64,000 bases of DNA from Ginglymostoma cirratum (Eukaryota): contig JAHRHZ010000130.1 in the NCBI GenBank assembly GCA_024137785.1, positions 1,562,614-1,626,613 on the forward strand. The letters run 5' to 3'. The stretch's first letter is position 1. Each line of letters opens with the position of its first letter. Of this stretch, positions 51,430-64,000 are shown one piece after another. The translations under genes were made by a program, and so were the position numbers. Under the pieces are notes generated by a model. That model made no database searches and had not been told where the DNA came from. It saw nothing but the letters and a program-made list of their open reading frames with translations.

Positions 51430-52205
51430 CTATCGTCAGCCTCCGAACATGCAAGGAGAAATATTTCTCCTTTTGAGGGAAAATATTTGAAACATCAATT
51501 TGACTGGAAAAGCATCAAAACACACATACCCGAGTGAGAGGGTACCAGTGAACTGACTGTAGAAAAACCTTGAACCAATTGCACAGACTGGGGAAAAAAA
51601 CACATCATTCACAGCAGTGTTAATCTTTATATGTGCTTTCTCTGTGGACGAGGATTTAACTGATCATCCAACTCATACGTTCACAAGACAGCCACACCAT
51701 GGAGAAACCTTGGCAATGTGGGGATTGTGGGAACGAATTCAAATTCCCATCTGATCTGAAAATTCATTGCCCGCCACCCCTGTGAGAGACTATTCACCTG
51801 CTCTGAGTGTGGGAAGGAATTCCCTTGGTAATCCCATCTGCTGACCCACCAGCGAGTTCATAGTATGGAGAGACCTTATAAATGTTCACATTGTGAGAAG
51901 AGCTTTATAAGCAGCAATGACCTTCAGGTATACCAACGAATTCACATTGAGGATAGACCATTCATCTGCTCAGTGTGTGGGAAGGGATCCACTCAGTCGA
52001 ACAATCTGCTAAAACCCCAGCATGTTCACAGTGACGGCAGACCTTTTAAATGCCCAGACTGTGCGAAATGCTTTAAAATATCCAGAGATCAGATGTCCTG
52101 TCAACATGTTCACACCAAGGAGAAATGATTCTGGTGTTCTCATTGTGGGACTGGGTTTAAACGGTCATCTGACCTGGTGAGACACCAGCGAGTTCACAGT
52201 CCGTT
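51430..52205 (+). pseudogene. C2H2 ZNF pseudogene
   Basis: ERPYKCSHCEKSF, DRPFICSVCGKG, GRPFKCPDCAKCF with stops, frameshifts and lost ligands. Confidence 0.85.
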
Positions 52206-53437
52206 AGATTGTGATGTTATTGCTGCTGTTCAGCCCATCCATGACCGAACGTGTGTGTTAGTGCCAAGGTCTGTAAGAAGTGTGTCCTGGCCGCTCCCAA
52301 AACGTTTCAAACCTGTCACTGATCTCCACCAAGCTGGTCTGCAGCATAGTGGGAGCAATTTATGATATTGGCCCAGGTGAGGCATTTTGAAAAAGGAGAC
52401 AGGCAAGTGGGAACTCCACTCAGTGTACTCCGAATTCTCACTGTGAAATCCCCAACCCCAGGCAGTGCCCAATCATTGCCTCCATCTGCAGCCTATCCCC
52501 TGTTGGCTGGGTCTGAGTTCAGGTGGAATTTGAATTCAATAAATAAGAGTCTAACGATGACTATAAATCAATTGTCAAGGGAAAAAAAAGTCTGGTTGAC
52601 TAGTGCCCTTACCTGGTCTGGCCTATTTGTGACTCTAGACCTACAGTACTGTGGTTGACTCTTCACTGCCCTCTGAGCAATTAGGGACGGATAATAAATG
52701 CTGGCCTGGCCAATGATGCCCACATCCTGTGAATGAATAATAAGAATTACAAAATATTTTGATGATTTGCTGACATCTGTCTGTAAAAGCTAATACAGGG
52801 ACATAAGTGAGATAAAGGACAAGAGAGTGTAGCAATCTTGAGACAAAGACAAACAGAACAGTGCTGAATATGCAGACCATCATGTGATTCAATGAGCTGA
52901 GAATCCTCAAATGAGCTGTGACTGCCACAGAAAGGGGTTCATCAGATAAGAACCAGAATAAAAGAGACCCTCCACAGACAAGGCTGTGCAGTGGAGAGGA
53001 ACCAGAATTCTTGATTTCCTCTAAAATCTCAAGGGATGTTCTCATTGCATGAGCAAAACCTGGAAGATATTAGTTCTGTACAAGTCAATCCCACAACTAC
53101 AAAGGACTCAACCGGTCCTCACTTTTTTTGGTATCAACAAACACAGATCTTACAAGATATTTATCCATGGAATTGTGTTCCTCTGTAACACTATTACTGG
53201 ATGCCTTTCATCCCCAATCTTAAACTCACCATTCTTGGTGGCTGTGCCTTCAGCTACCTGGATCATGTGTTCTGAACCTCTCCACCTTCCCACTTCATTT
53301 TCCTATGTTCCTTATAAGCCACCTCTTCAGGAAAGATTTTGGTCACCTGATCTGAGATGCTCTTAGGAGCCTATGAAACTCATTGGGACTCTTTATGTGA
53401 TTATCTCTATGGACATGTAAGTGTTGCCTTTCAGCAA

Positions 53438-53606
53438 GATCACTGAATGAGTGAGTCTATATAAATGTAACTCAGACACAGCATGTATCATAGTTCAATG
53501 AGACCTGATCACTGAGGTGAGTGAGTCTGTATATATGTAACTCAGATAGACACACCGTGTATCATAGTTCAGTGAGGCCTGATCATTGAATGAGTGAGTC
53601 TGTATG
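53438..53606. repeat. ~70 bp tandem repeat (2.5 units)
   Basis: GATCACTGAATGAGTGAGTCT.TAT...GTAACTCAGA...GTATCATAGTTCA.TGAG.CCT repeated. Confidence 0.8.
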
Positions 53607-53609
53607 AAA

Positions 53610-54640
53610 GGACTGGAGGCCTGTGACCAGCAGTGTGCTGCAAGGATCAGTGCTGGGTCAACTGCTTTTTGTCATTGATAGAAATGATTTGAATGTGAAT
53701 GTAGGAGATATGTTTAGTAAGTTTGCAGATGTCACCAAAATTGGTGGTGTAATGGACAGTGAAGAAGATTATCTCAGTGTACAACATAAACTTGATCAGA
53801 TGGGCCAATGGGCTGAGGAGTGGCAGATGGAGTTTAATCTAGATAAATGTGAGGTGCTTCATTTTGGGAAGGTCAATCAGGGCAGAACTCATACACTTAA
53901 GTGTAAGGTCCTGGGAGGTATGGCTGAACAAAGAGGCCTTGGAGTGCAGGTTCATAGTTCCTTGAAAGTGGAGTCACAGGTAGATAGGATAGTGAAGAAA
54001 GTGTTTGGTACACTTGCCTTCATTGGTCAATGCATTGAGTATAGGAGTTGGGAGACCATGTTGCAATTGTACAGAACATTGGTTAGGCCAGTTTTGGAAT
54101 ACTACATTCAATTCTGGTTTCCCTGCTGCAGGAAGAATGTTGTGAAACTTTAAAGGGTTTGGAAAAGATTTACAAGAATGCTGCCAGGCTTGGAGGATTT
54201 GAGCTGTAGGGAGACGCTGAATAGGCTGGTAGCAATTTTCCCTGGTGCATCAGAGGCTGAGAGGTGACCTTATAGAAGTTTATAAAAACATGAGGAGCAT
54301 GGATTGGCTGAATAGCCAAGATCTTTTCCCCAGGGTAGGGAAATTCCAAAACTGGAGGGCATGGGTTTAAGGTGAGAGGGGAAAGATTTAAAAAAGGTCA
54401 TGAAGGGCAACATTTTCACACACAGGTTGGTGCATGTCTGGAATGAGCTACCAGAGAAGGTGGTAGATGCTGGTACAATTATAACATTTAAAAGGCATTG
54501 GGATGTGTATATGAATAGGAAGGATTGAGCGAAAATGGGCCAAATGCTGGCAAATGGTACTCAACTAATTTAGGATATTTTAGGGCATGGACGTGCTGGA
54601 CCAAAGGGTCTGTGTCCATGCTCTACTGTTCTAATGATTC
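53610..54640 (+). mobile_element. CR1 LINE 3' part (RT C-terminus and 3' UTR)
   Basis: QGSVLGQLLF, SKFADVTK, WAEEWQMEFNLDKCEVLHF. Confidence 0.9.
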
Positions 54641-55759
54641 TAAATTTAATACACTTTGAAAGCTTGTTAGGACAGGCCTCAGGAGGAAGAAGTTCGGAAC
54701 TAACTACTGAAGTTTCTGTTCTCCATTTTCTGAGAAGGTCAAATCATGCCAAATATTTGACATTACTAACAAAAATAATGAAACGTGATTGTTGATGTCA
54801 GCTGTTTGTTTGGTAGAATTGGAATTGTAAGCCCACAGCTGGCAATCACTGATTGCTGCGATGCTTTCCCCCCATTATATACTCAGCCAGTTCTGTCTGA
54901 AAGGACCTACATTTGTCTTTGTGCATCTGTTTTTCTCTTCACACATTCATTTTGCAATCAGTTTTTTTTTTCATGTTCTTTGCAAGTTTATTCTCACACT
55001 CACTTTTTCCCCTCTTGTTCAATCTGGTATTAAATTCAAAATGCTTCTAATCCTTAGGATGGCTATATTTTCTGACAATTCTTATGTCTCCTCTTCGGAT
55101 CAAATGCAATCCCTAATTTATTTTTATAAGCCATGGTTGAGGCACCTTTTCCTGTATTCCCCAGTCCATCATTGCCAATTCATGCCTCATCCACTCATAG
55201 TTCCCTTTATTTTGATTGAGGACCTTAGTTTCAGAATCAACATCTTCACTTAATGAACAACTGTATCACGTTATGGATGCTTTTCACAACAGATCCACAA
55301 AACAAGACTATTGACTAATCCTGTCATTGCAAAACATCCAAAAGGATAGCCTGCTCTCTTGAAGGTTCCTCCATGTATTGGTCTAAAAAAGAACCATCAT
55401 GTATACATTTTAGGAAGATCTCCTCCTCAATATTACTGCTCGTTTACAGATGGGGTAAATCAATCAGCCATGATTACAGTTGTATGCTTTTTGCTTGTGT
55501 CACTGATCTATTGTTTAGTGCCTTCTCATCATTGCTACCACTGGGGTCTTCTAACCACTCCCCCACCAATGTTTTCTGTCCCCAAGTGGTAACAACATAG
55601 AATTGAACACTCCGAATAATTAAAGGTCAATTATTTCCAGGTCCTGATGTATCCATTGATAATGATTTTGTTGTTATTTTGAGGTGATGTTTTGTTGGTG
55701 TTTCCTCATTGTGAATCACTTCTTATATACTGTAAAAGATGTGTGCGAAAAATCCAGGG

Positions 55760-56165
55760 CACTCAACATGCATAAAGCTTTTACAGCATAGCCAAGGCGC
55801 AGTGGGGAAAGACCACTGTCTGAGTTCTTTCTGTGGAAGTTAAATGGGGGTCTGTTCAGTTATCACCCTCCCAGTGCCTCAAGTGCATGTAAACATAGTC
55901 CTGTTCAGGTAAGGTGCCTTTGGTTTATTTGTTGAATAGAGTTAAACTCCCATTTCTGATGAAGGGTCTAGGCCCGAAACGTCAAGTTTTCCTGCTCCTA
56001 TGATGCTGCTTGACCTGCTGTGTTCATCCAGCCCCACGCTTGTTATCTTAAACTCCAATGTTTGTTTGTTTTCTCGTATGATACTGTACAGAACCGAACG
56101 GTGTTTGTGTATGTATGTATATAAAGATATTTTTTATGAATAAAGTATATTTTTGAAACAAAAAT
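55760..56165 (+). mobile_element. Probable L1/Tx1-clade LINE 3' end
   Basis: ...AKAQWGKTTV* followed by a T-rich UTR, AATAAA and an A-rich tail. Family assignment is from memory only. Confidence 0.45.
55951..56047 (+). mobile_element. ~97 bp solo Penelope terminal piece carrying a minimal hammerhead ribozyme, with 9-bp TSD
   Basis: CTGATGA-AGGGTCTAGGCCC-GAAA-CGTC; TTAAACTCC at 55942-55950 and 56048-56056. Confidence 0.75.
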
Positions 56166-56169
56166 ACAA

Positions 56170-58670
56170 AGGGGCATTGAATTATTGATAAAGGTAACTG
56201 TCACTGCTGTAATGAAGCAGAATGTCCTAGGAGGCTATTCAAATGGGAACATCCAGGTAGAGCTTAGAATTAAAAAAAAAGGTGATTACTTTGGGATCAT
56301 ACTCAAACCTCCCAACAATCACAGGGAGCTAGAGGAGCAGATGTGTAGACAAATCACAGAACGGTGTGAGTAGAATAGTGTTATAGTTGTAGGGAATGTC
56401 AACTTTGCCAACATTAACTGGGATTGCCTCAGTGTGAAAGGACTAGACAGCATGCATTCTTTGAAGTGCTTCCAGGGGAGATATTTGTGCCAGTACGTAG
56501 TCCCACTAGAGATGGGACAGCACTAAACCTAATCCCAGGGAATGAAGCCAGTCAAGTGATTGAAATGTCAGTGGGGAAGCATTTTGGGGATAGTGACCAT
56601 AACTCTAAGTTTCAAAGTCATTACGGAAAGGGATAGGGACAGTGCAGGAGTTAAGTATCTAAAGGGAAGACTAATTTCAACATCATTAGTTAGGATCTGG
56701 CAAATGGACTGGGAGCAGTTGCTTGCGGGTAAGTCTACATTTGGGAAGTGGGAGTCTTTTAAAAGTATTATCATGTGAATTCAGGGCCAGCGTTTTCCTC
56801 AAAGAGCAAAGGGCAAGGGCAGCAAGTCTAGAAACCCTGGATGTCAAGGGATATTGAGAGTTTGATAAAGGAAAAGAAGGAAGCATATGTTAGATACAGT
56901 GCACTAAAACAGTAGGCCCTTCAAAAGTATAGTGAGTACAAGGCAGTGATAAAAAACATTAGGAGGGTAAATAGTAGCCACAAAATATCTTTGGCAGGTA
57001 CTATTAAAGAAAAGCCCTAAGGCATCTTATTCAGAGTAAGAGGATTGCCAGGGAAAGAATGGGGCCTATTAGAAACCAAACGGGCAATCTGTGTGTGAAA
57101 CCACAGGAAGCAGGTGAGATTTTAAACAAATACTTCACATCTGTATTCAGAGAGGAGAAAGACATTACAACCAGGAAATTCAGTTGAGAACATAAGATTA
57201 ATGAGGAGGTATTAAATGTTTGTGACCACAGAGGTGCATAAGTCAGCAGAACGTGATGTCAGATGTACCCCACGCTGCTAAGGGAGGGTATTTCATACTT
57301 CTCTGGCCACAGGTGAAGTGCTAGATGACTGGAGAATAACTAATGTGGCTCCTTTGTTTGAGAACGATAGCATGGACAGGTTAGGTAATTACAGACCAGA
57401 CAGTCTGACATCAATGAGAATGAAATAATTAGAAAACATTCTGAGGGATAGCATTGGAAAGGCAGGGATTAATCAGGAATATTCAATGTGGATTTGTTGG
57501 AGGGAGATGTGCCTGACTGACTTAATTGAGATTTTTTTCAAATAGTGACTAAGTATATTGATGGTGTGGTGATTTGATTTACATGGACTTCAGGTAAGGC
57601 CTTGGATAACATCCACATGGAAGGCTAGTCCAAAAGGTAAAGGCCATTGCGATCCAAGGCAAGTTGGTAAGTTGGATCCAAAATTGGTGGAGGGTTGACT
57701 TTGTGACTGAAAGCTGGGACCAGCAGTGTACCACAAGGATCTGTGCAGGGACCCTTTATGTTAATTATGCACATTAACATATTGGATGTGAAAGTAGAAT
57801 GTACGATAAGTAAATTTGCAGATGAGATGAAAATTGATGGTGTTGTCCATAGTGAGGAGGATGGTCTCAAGCAATAGTCTGATGTTGATCAGCTGGGAAA
57901 TTGGACAGAGTAATGGTAGATGGAACTTAATACCAATAGGTGTGTAGTAATGCATTTTGTGAGGTCTAATAAGAGGAAGATATATACAATAAATTGTAGG
58001 TCCTTAGCAAGTACTGAGAGATAAAGGAACCTTGGTGTAAAAGTCCAAAGATCCCTGAAGCTGCCAACATAGGTAGGTAGGGTAGTGAAGTTATTCAGGT
58101 GATTGTCTTCATCAGCCACAGCATAACAGAAAGGAATGATGAAACATTGCTAAGGCAACAGATCAAATACTGTGCACTGTCCTGGTCACCACATTATTAG
58201 AAGGATATGATTGTACTTGAAATGATGCAGAGGAGACTCATGAGATGTTGCCTTGGATGGAAAGTCTCAGTTATGACTAGATAGGCTGGGTTTGTTTTCC
58301 TTAGAGCAGAAGAGCCTGAGGAGGGATTTGATTAAGGTGTACAAAATTTTGAGAGGCATAGTCAGGGTAAATAGTGAGAATTTTCTCCATGGCAGACATG
58401 CCTAAAACCAGAGGGCAAAAAGTTAACATGAGGAGTAAGTGTTTTAGAGGACACCTGAGAGAACTTTGCTTCACCCAGAGGATGGTAGAAATATGGACTG
58501 CAACGCCTAAGAGGATGGTGTGTATACAACATGTAAGAAACATCGGGATAAGCACTTAAAATGCCAGGGTAGAAATGGCTATGAACCAATAAATGGGATT
58601 AGTACAACATGATGTTTATTGGTTGGCATAGGCATGGTGGGCCGACGGGCTGGTTTCGATGCTGCGTGAC
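56170..58670 (+). mobile_element. Near full-length but decayed CR1 ORF2
   Basis: Colinear EN (PPNNHRE, GDSDHN), RT (YMDF.KA, KFADEMK) and C-terminal motifs with many stops. Confidence 0.85.
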
Positions 58671-58779
58671 AATCAGTAATTTGTTCAATACTGACAAGGG
58701 TTCTAGGCTTAGCAATACATCACCTTGTAAATACAAATCCTTGTTTTCCAATCCCTCCATGGTGTTGCCTTCTCTGTTC

Positions 58780-59050
58780 CGATCAGATGAAAATAGTTTG
58801 CACAGACAGAAAAGACAAAAGATATCCTTTCAACAAAGGCTGATGATAGTCGCAACCTGACACAGTAGGTGATTCTGTCAGATCTTGATGTGACCTTTCC
58901 TTTGAGTTTCCTGTCTGCAAATCCTTCTCATTTAATGTCCCGTAAAAAGAATTTACAAAGTCCTTCACTATGATTGCAAGATAGAAAATTCAGAAGAGAC
59001 AAATATCTCTTTTGGTTTGAGTTTGTAGTGTGCAAATCCTCCCCTTCCCT
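58780..59050 (-). pseudogene. ZNF pre-finger exon relic without a finger array
   Basis: DLQTGNSKERSHQDLTES...YHQPL is paralogous to the sequence just before the fingers at ~5100-5230, ~35400-35490 and ~60760-60810, and to relics at ~10500-10620, ~17120-17240 and ~31730-31800. Confidence 0.6.
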
Positions 59051-59079
59051 CTCCCTCTGACAAAGGAAGGGTGCACATG

Positions 59080-59300
59080 TGCCTTACTGAGAAGTGCCCC
59101 CAATAAAGGTGTCAGCGGTTAAAACACAGGCCTCTCGCCTCCTTAGGCCCGTAGCCGTTTTCCCTTTCGCTGCAAACACAGGATCGAGAATTTCTAATTC
59201 GTGTTTCGGCCTAGCCATCGCATTTCCGGTCCTTCCACCTATTGGTCTGGACCAGCCGCCAATCACCCGTCCCCATCGTGAGGTGAAAAGTCCCACCCAC
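59080..59300 (-). promoter_or_regulatory. CpG promoter/first-exon module copy (minus strand)
   Basis: The reverse complement reads GTGATTGGCGGCTGGTCCAGACCAATAGG...TTTGCAGCGAAAGGGAAAACGGC...CCTTTATTGGGGGCAC, matching the other copies. Confidence 0.55.
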
Positions 59301-59639
59301 TGGCCATCTCAGTTCTATCCCCATTTTCCAGCATTTGGTCCAGAGCCCTGTCTGCTATGGCATCTCAAATTCTCACCCACACGCTGAAGTGTCTTGAGGG
59401 GTCTTGCATCTACGAGCCTTTTAGGCAGCGAGCTGTTCGGATTGTCTCAATCTGAGTGACAAAAAAGCTCCATGAGTTTGTTGGAGGAGAGGGTGGATAC
59501 TGCAAAGAAGAGGGAGAGCTTTTGAAAAATATATTGCAAACACATGTCAGCTGAACACAAAGCCGATTTATTTGACTTTTACCCAGAATATTAACCCCTG
59601 TAACTGGGTTTATGCTTACAAAAATTCCAATCACTGTAG

Positions 59640-60810
59640 TTACTTGTGAACTGGGTGGTGTCTTTGCAAGTGGGATGACTGAGCAAATCCTTTCCTCGTA
59701 GTAAAGACCGGAGAACAGTCTCTCCCCAGTATGAACTGCCTGGTGTACAGTAAGGGGGGAAGAACACTTGGACCCAGTCACACTGTGGGAGCACCTAAAT
59801 AGTCTCTTATCTGTGTAAACACCTCGATGGGAAATCAGTTCCCCACTACTTTTAAAGTTCATTACAGAGTATGGATATTTAAAAGGTCTGTCTTCAGTGT
59901 GAGCTTGCTAATGTGCCAGAAAACTGGATAAGTGAGTGAATCCCTTCCCACACTTTGAGCAGACGAATGGTCTCTCCCCGCGTGAACTCAGTCATATATA
60001 GTGGGATTAGTTGATTGCCTGAACACAGGTCCAGGCTGAGAACATCTGACTTGCTTCTCCTCAGTGTGTACACATTGTTAGCGTGTCAGTTACCGAGTAC
60101 TACTATTGCCGTTCCCATAATTTGGGCATTTAAAAGATCACTCCCCAGTGTGAACTTGGTGGTGTATCAGCAGTTGGGATGGTTGAGTGAATCCCTTCTC
60201 AAATTAGGGATTGCACTGTGGCACAGTGGTTAGCACTGCTGCCTCACAGCTCCAGGCCCCTGGGTCTGGTTCCAAGATTGGATGACTGTGTGGAGTTTGC
60301 ATGTTCTCCCCATGTCTGTATGGGTTTCCTCCAGGTGCTCAAGTCTCCTCCCACTGTTCAAATATGTGGACGTTAGCTGGATTAGTCATGCTAAAGTGCA
60401 GGGTTATAGGGATAAGGTAGGGGTCTAGGTCTAGTTGGGATGCTTGTGGGAGAGTCAGTGCAGACTCAATAGGTCAAGCAGTGTCTTTGTGCACTGTAGG
60501 GATTCTGTGATTCCACTTGGAGCAGATGAATGGTCTGTCCCCAGTGTGACTACATTGATGAGTTTCCAGTTCAGATGGTGATCTATATCCCATTGCACTA
60601 TTCTCATATTCCCAATGGTTTGTCCCCAGTGTTACTCCGCTTGTGTTTTGACAGATTACATGATTGGCTGAAACCTCGTCCATGCAGAGAACATATGTAT
60701 GGTTTATCAACACTGTGAACCATGCTTTTCCCTTCCATGTTCAAAATCCAGTGATATTCAGTTTACAATAATAAGTTGGGTGACTCTATCAAATCCTGAT
60801 GTGATCTTTG
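59640..60810 (-). pseudogene. C2H2 ZNF pseudogene interrupted by an HE1-like SINE
   Basis: Minus-strand HTGDRPFICSK, HTDKRLFRCSH and HTGERLF motifs with frameshifts. A SINE at ~60213-60512 splits a finger. Confidence 0.8.
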
Positions 60811-61127
60811 GTTTCAATTTCCTGCCCTCAGTGGTTAATTGCTGCCTCGTGGTGCCAGGGACCCCAGCTTGATTCCAGTGACTGTGTGAAGTTTGCACAT
60901 TCTCCTCATGTCTGTATGAATTTCCTCCAGGTGCTCCAGTTTCTTCCCACAGTCGAAAGATGTGTGGGTGGACTGGCCATGCTAAATTGCCCATAGTGTT
61001 GAAGGATGTGCAGGCTAGGTGGGTTACCCATGGGAAATATAGGTAAAGGGGAGGATAGGATGCAGTTTGGAAGGGCAGCATAGACTTGATGGGGTGAATG
61101 GCCTGCTTCCATACTGTAGGGATTCTA
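60213..61127 (+). mobile_element. Two HE1-like V-SINE copies (~60213-60512 and ~60825-61127)
   Basis: Same head, V-domain and tail. Confidence 0.8.
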
Positions 61128-62169
61128 ATAAAAACCTCCCCTCTGATACGATGTAAATTACTTGAAATATTATTATTTCAGGGGAGGTAATAGCCTAGTG
61201 GTATCATCACGAGACTATTAATCCAGAGACCCAGAAAATATTCTGAGGACTCAGTTTCAAATCTTGCGATGGTAAAGGCAGAATCTATTTTCATTAAAAA
61301 TCTGGGATTAAGAGTCTAATGATGGCCAGGAAACCATTGCTGAATGTTGGAAAAGCTCACCTCATTCGCTAGTGACCTTTAGGGAAGGAAATCTGTCATC
61401 CTTACCTGGACTGGCCTATGTATGTCTCCAGACCTGCCCTCTGGGGAAATCGGGGATGTACATTAAAAAGGTGGCCTGGCCAGCAGCATCCGCATCCTGT
61501 GAATGATTTGTTTAAAAATGAAACAGAATTCACAAAAAACAAATACAGGTTGTGAAACTGTGCTGAACGAATCTAGTAATTTCTGGGACCTGAACTAGGA
61601 TAAAGCAACCATGGTAACTGCTGGATTGTCATAAAAACCCAAATAATTCACTGATGTCCTTCAGTAAAAGGAACATGCAACCCTGTCAGGGCTCATACAA
61701 GATGCTGCGCTCTTTGGGAGCAAAAGAGAAGAGAATGGATTGTTGGCCTGGCCATATATAACTGTTCTTTCATCACCAGTAGATAAATAATCTGTAGCTC
61801 CTAACCTAACAGCATTGCGGGAGCTCCTTCACCACAGACTCTACGTAGTTCAAAGATCAAATATCGTCATCTCCACAACAGCTGGGGAATGGTAACGTCT
61901 GGTCTTGTCAGTGAATTCCAAATACCAAGAATGCAGATTTACAAATACCAATGAATAAAACAGCTTCAAAGCATCTAATTTGTAGATGAAACAATGTTAC
62001 TTTGCATTGTAGGAGAAATTTACTGCAGATGCTGGAATCTGTACTGAAAATAACAAATGCTGGCGATCACAGCGGGTCAGACAGCATCCATGGAGAGCGA
62101 GCAAGCTAACGTTTCGAATCTAGATGACTGTTCATCAGAGCTGAAGTGATCGACAGTGTCCGTTTTGCA

Positions 62170-62430
62170 AACTGATCTTTCTTAGAATGTACCTGCTCAA
62201 CCTAATCTTCTTTTGAATCTACCTGCTCAACCTGGCCTCCCGTGGAATCTACGTGCACAGCTGATCTTCTCTAGAATCAACTCGCTCAACCTGATCTTCT
62301 CTAGAACCTAATCTTTCTGAGAACCTGCCTGCTTAATCTGATCTTCCCTAGGATCTAGCCACTCAATGTGATCTTGCCTAGAGTCTAATTGCTCAACCTG
62401 ATCGTTGCAAGAATTTAGCTGCTGAAATTG
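62170..62430. repeat. ~30 bp degenerate minisatellite
   Basis: CCTGCTCAACCTGATCTTCTCTAGAATCTA-like unit repeated about 8 times. Confidence 0.8.
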
Positions 62431-64000
62431 ATATGAGGAGATGAGATGAGTTGATTTCCTCTCGTAGAATGCCTGCACAGACACAACGGGCTCAGTAATC
62501 TCGCTCTATATTCAATGATTCTGTTACTCGGTGTCAATGGACGAAAAGTGGAGGCCAGGGATTGACTTCTGCAATCACTGTTCAGCCTGATACTACCTGG
62601 ATCTGAATTGGTCCATTTGTGTTAGTGTCAGTTCTGGGAGCAACGTCTGTAATCAAATAATAGAGAAATTCTGCAGCTGCAGAAAGTATTATAAATACTC
62701 AAAGTTGGGCTGTATCTGTGGAGACAAAAAAAAACACAATTCAAATCTCAGACAGGAAATAAGAGCAATGCACAATTTATTGTTACTGTACGCTCAGAAC
62801 GGGAAGAGAAAGGCATTGTACTGCAGGGAAAAGAATTCCTGACTGATGGGACATAAAATTTGTAAAGTAGCAGCACACAGGCAGTAGTGGAAAACTCAGA
62901 CACAGTTGGCATAAGCAAAAGTTAAGCACCTAACTGAGCTAAAATACATTCATTATTAGAGACAGTGGAAGATAGGCAATGGCAATGGGGTGATGTAGGG
63001 TTGAAACAGATCAATGGATGGACATAGATTCAGATCAACAGTAAAGGAGCCATCGCAGTCCCAGAGACATGGAACTTTACACATGGAACAGAGCACAGCA
63101 CATAAAGCATGAAATTTCAGATGAAAGCTCAAAAATACTCATCTCTGAAAGAATTTCACTTATTTAAGTTCCAGGTGAAGCCTTCAATTAGAAAGTTATC
63201 AGAAATACTGGAGTCAGAGAAAAACATTAACATTGAGGAAATCCCTGGGGATTGGGTGATGTCACTGTGCAATTGTTGCTGCACGATGACATCACACAAA
63301 GGAACACAGAGCATCTGGGTCTTTGCAAACCAGAGATCACCCACACATTGGGAAGGATGGCAGGGCCCCTGACAGGGAACACGGGAGATTTACCTTGGAG
63401 CATGATAGTTTTTAATTGTGAGGTTAGGTTGTAGAAATTGGCATTGAGGTGAGATTTGATAGAGTGCTAGCAGTAGCTTATGATTGTTTTACACAATAAT
63501 AAAGTAGAGCTGTTTCCATTAGCTGACCATTAAAGGATTACGGGGGAGTTGTATTGATTTGGGGAAGTTCCACAGGGAGGATGTGAGGAAGAAATTTTAT
63601 GTAATGAATGCTAATGACTTTGGACTCGATGCTAACGCACAAACGCAGATAATGCTGAGGTCCTAGCACATTGATGTAGATCATGCAAAAAACAAAAATC
63701 TGAATATTGATCTGATCAATGATGGAATCTGAATTGTATCCATACTAGCATTGATCTGATAGAATTAATGTGAAATGCCTCTCAATGTACTTAGAACAGA
63801 CAATTCTGGGATAGAGAACACATCAACGTTCCACAGACTACCAGTAGATTCTGGAGAAATTTTCAGCTGATTCGGAAAATCTTTCTATAGACTGATGTCG
63901 TGAGATGTTGCCAATATATAAATGTCCAACTATAGGAACAACAATGCTGGAAATACTCAACAGATCAGGCAGGTGGAAATAAACACAATGAATGTTTCAG

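Overview
Vertebrate (not prokaryotic) DNA, most likely a cartilaginous fish (shark), inferred from HE1-type V-SINEs, CR1/HER1-like LINEs and the zinc-finger gene style. The window is a repeat-saturated C2H2 zinc-finger (ZNF) gene cluster undergoing birth-and-death evolution. It holds one apparently intact 9-finger exon (35492-36406, +), several ZNF pseudogenes or relics, five copies of a CCAAT/YY1 CpG promoter-first-exon module, and inverted and direct segmental duplications. It also has many CR1 and L2-like LINE fragments, two or three SINE families, Penelope-like elements whose termini carry minimal hammerhead ribozyme motifs, two CpG-decayed tRNA pseudogenes, several mini/microsatellites and three N gaps. 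The outstanding anomaly is an orphan, uninterrupted ~720 bp fragment of RAG1 (~45111-45830, -). It covers zinc finger A, the nonamer-binding domain and the DDBD, and stops about 20 codons before the first catalytic Asp. It abuts the 3' half of a U1 snRNA gene on one side. On the other side it is flanked by a CACAGTG heptamer, an octamer motif, a 30-bp repeat and a CpG promoter. Most short ORFs in the supplied track are retroelement debris or noise. Element boundaries were set by eye and are approximate.
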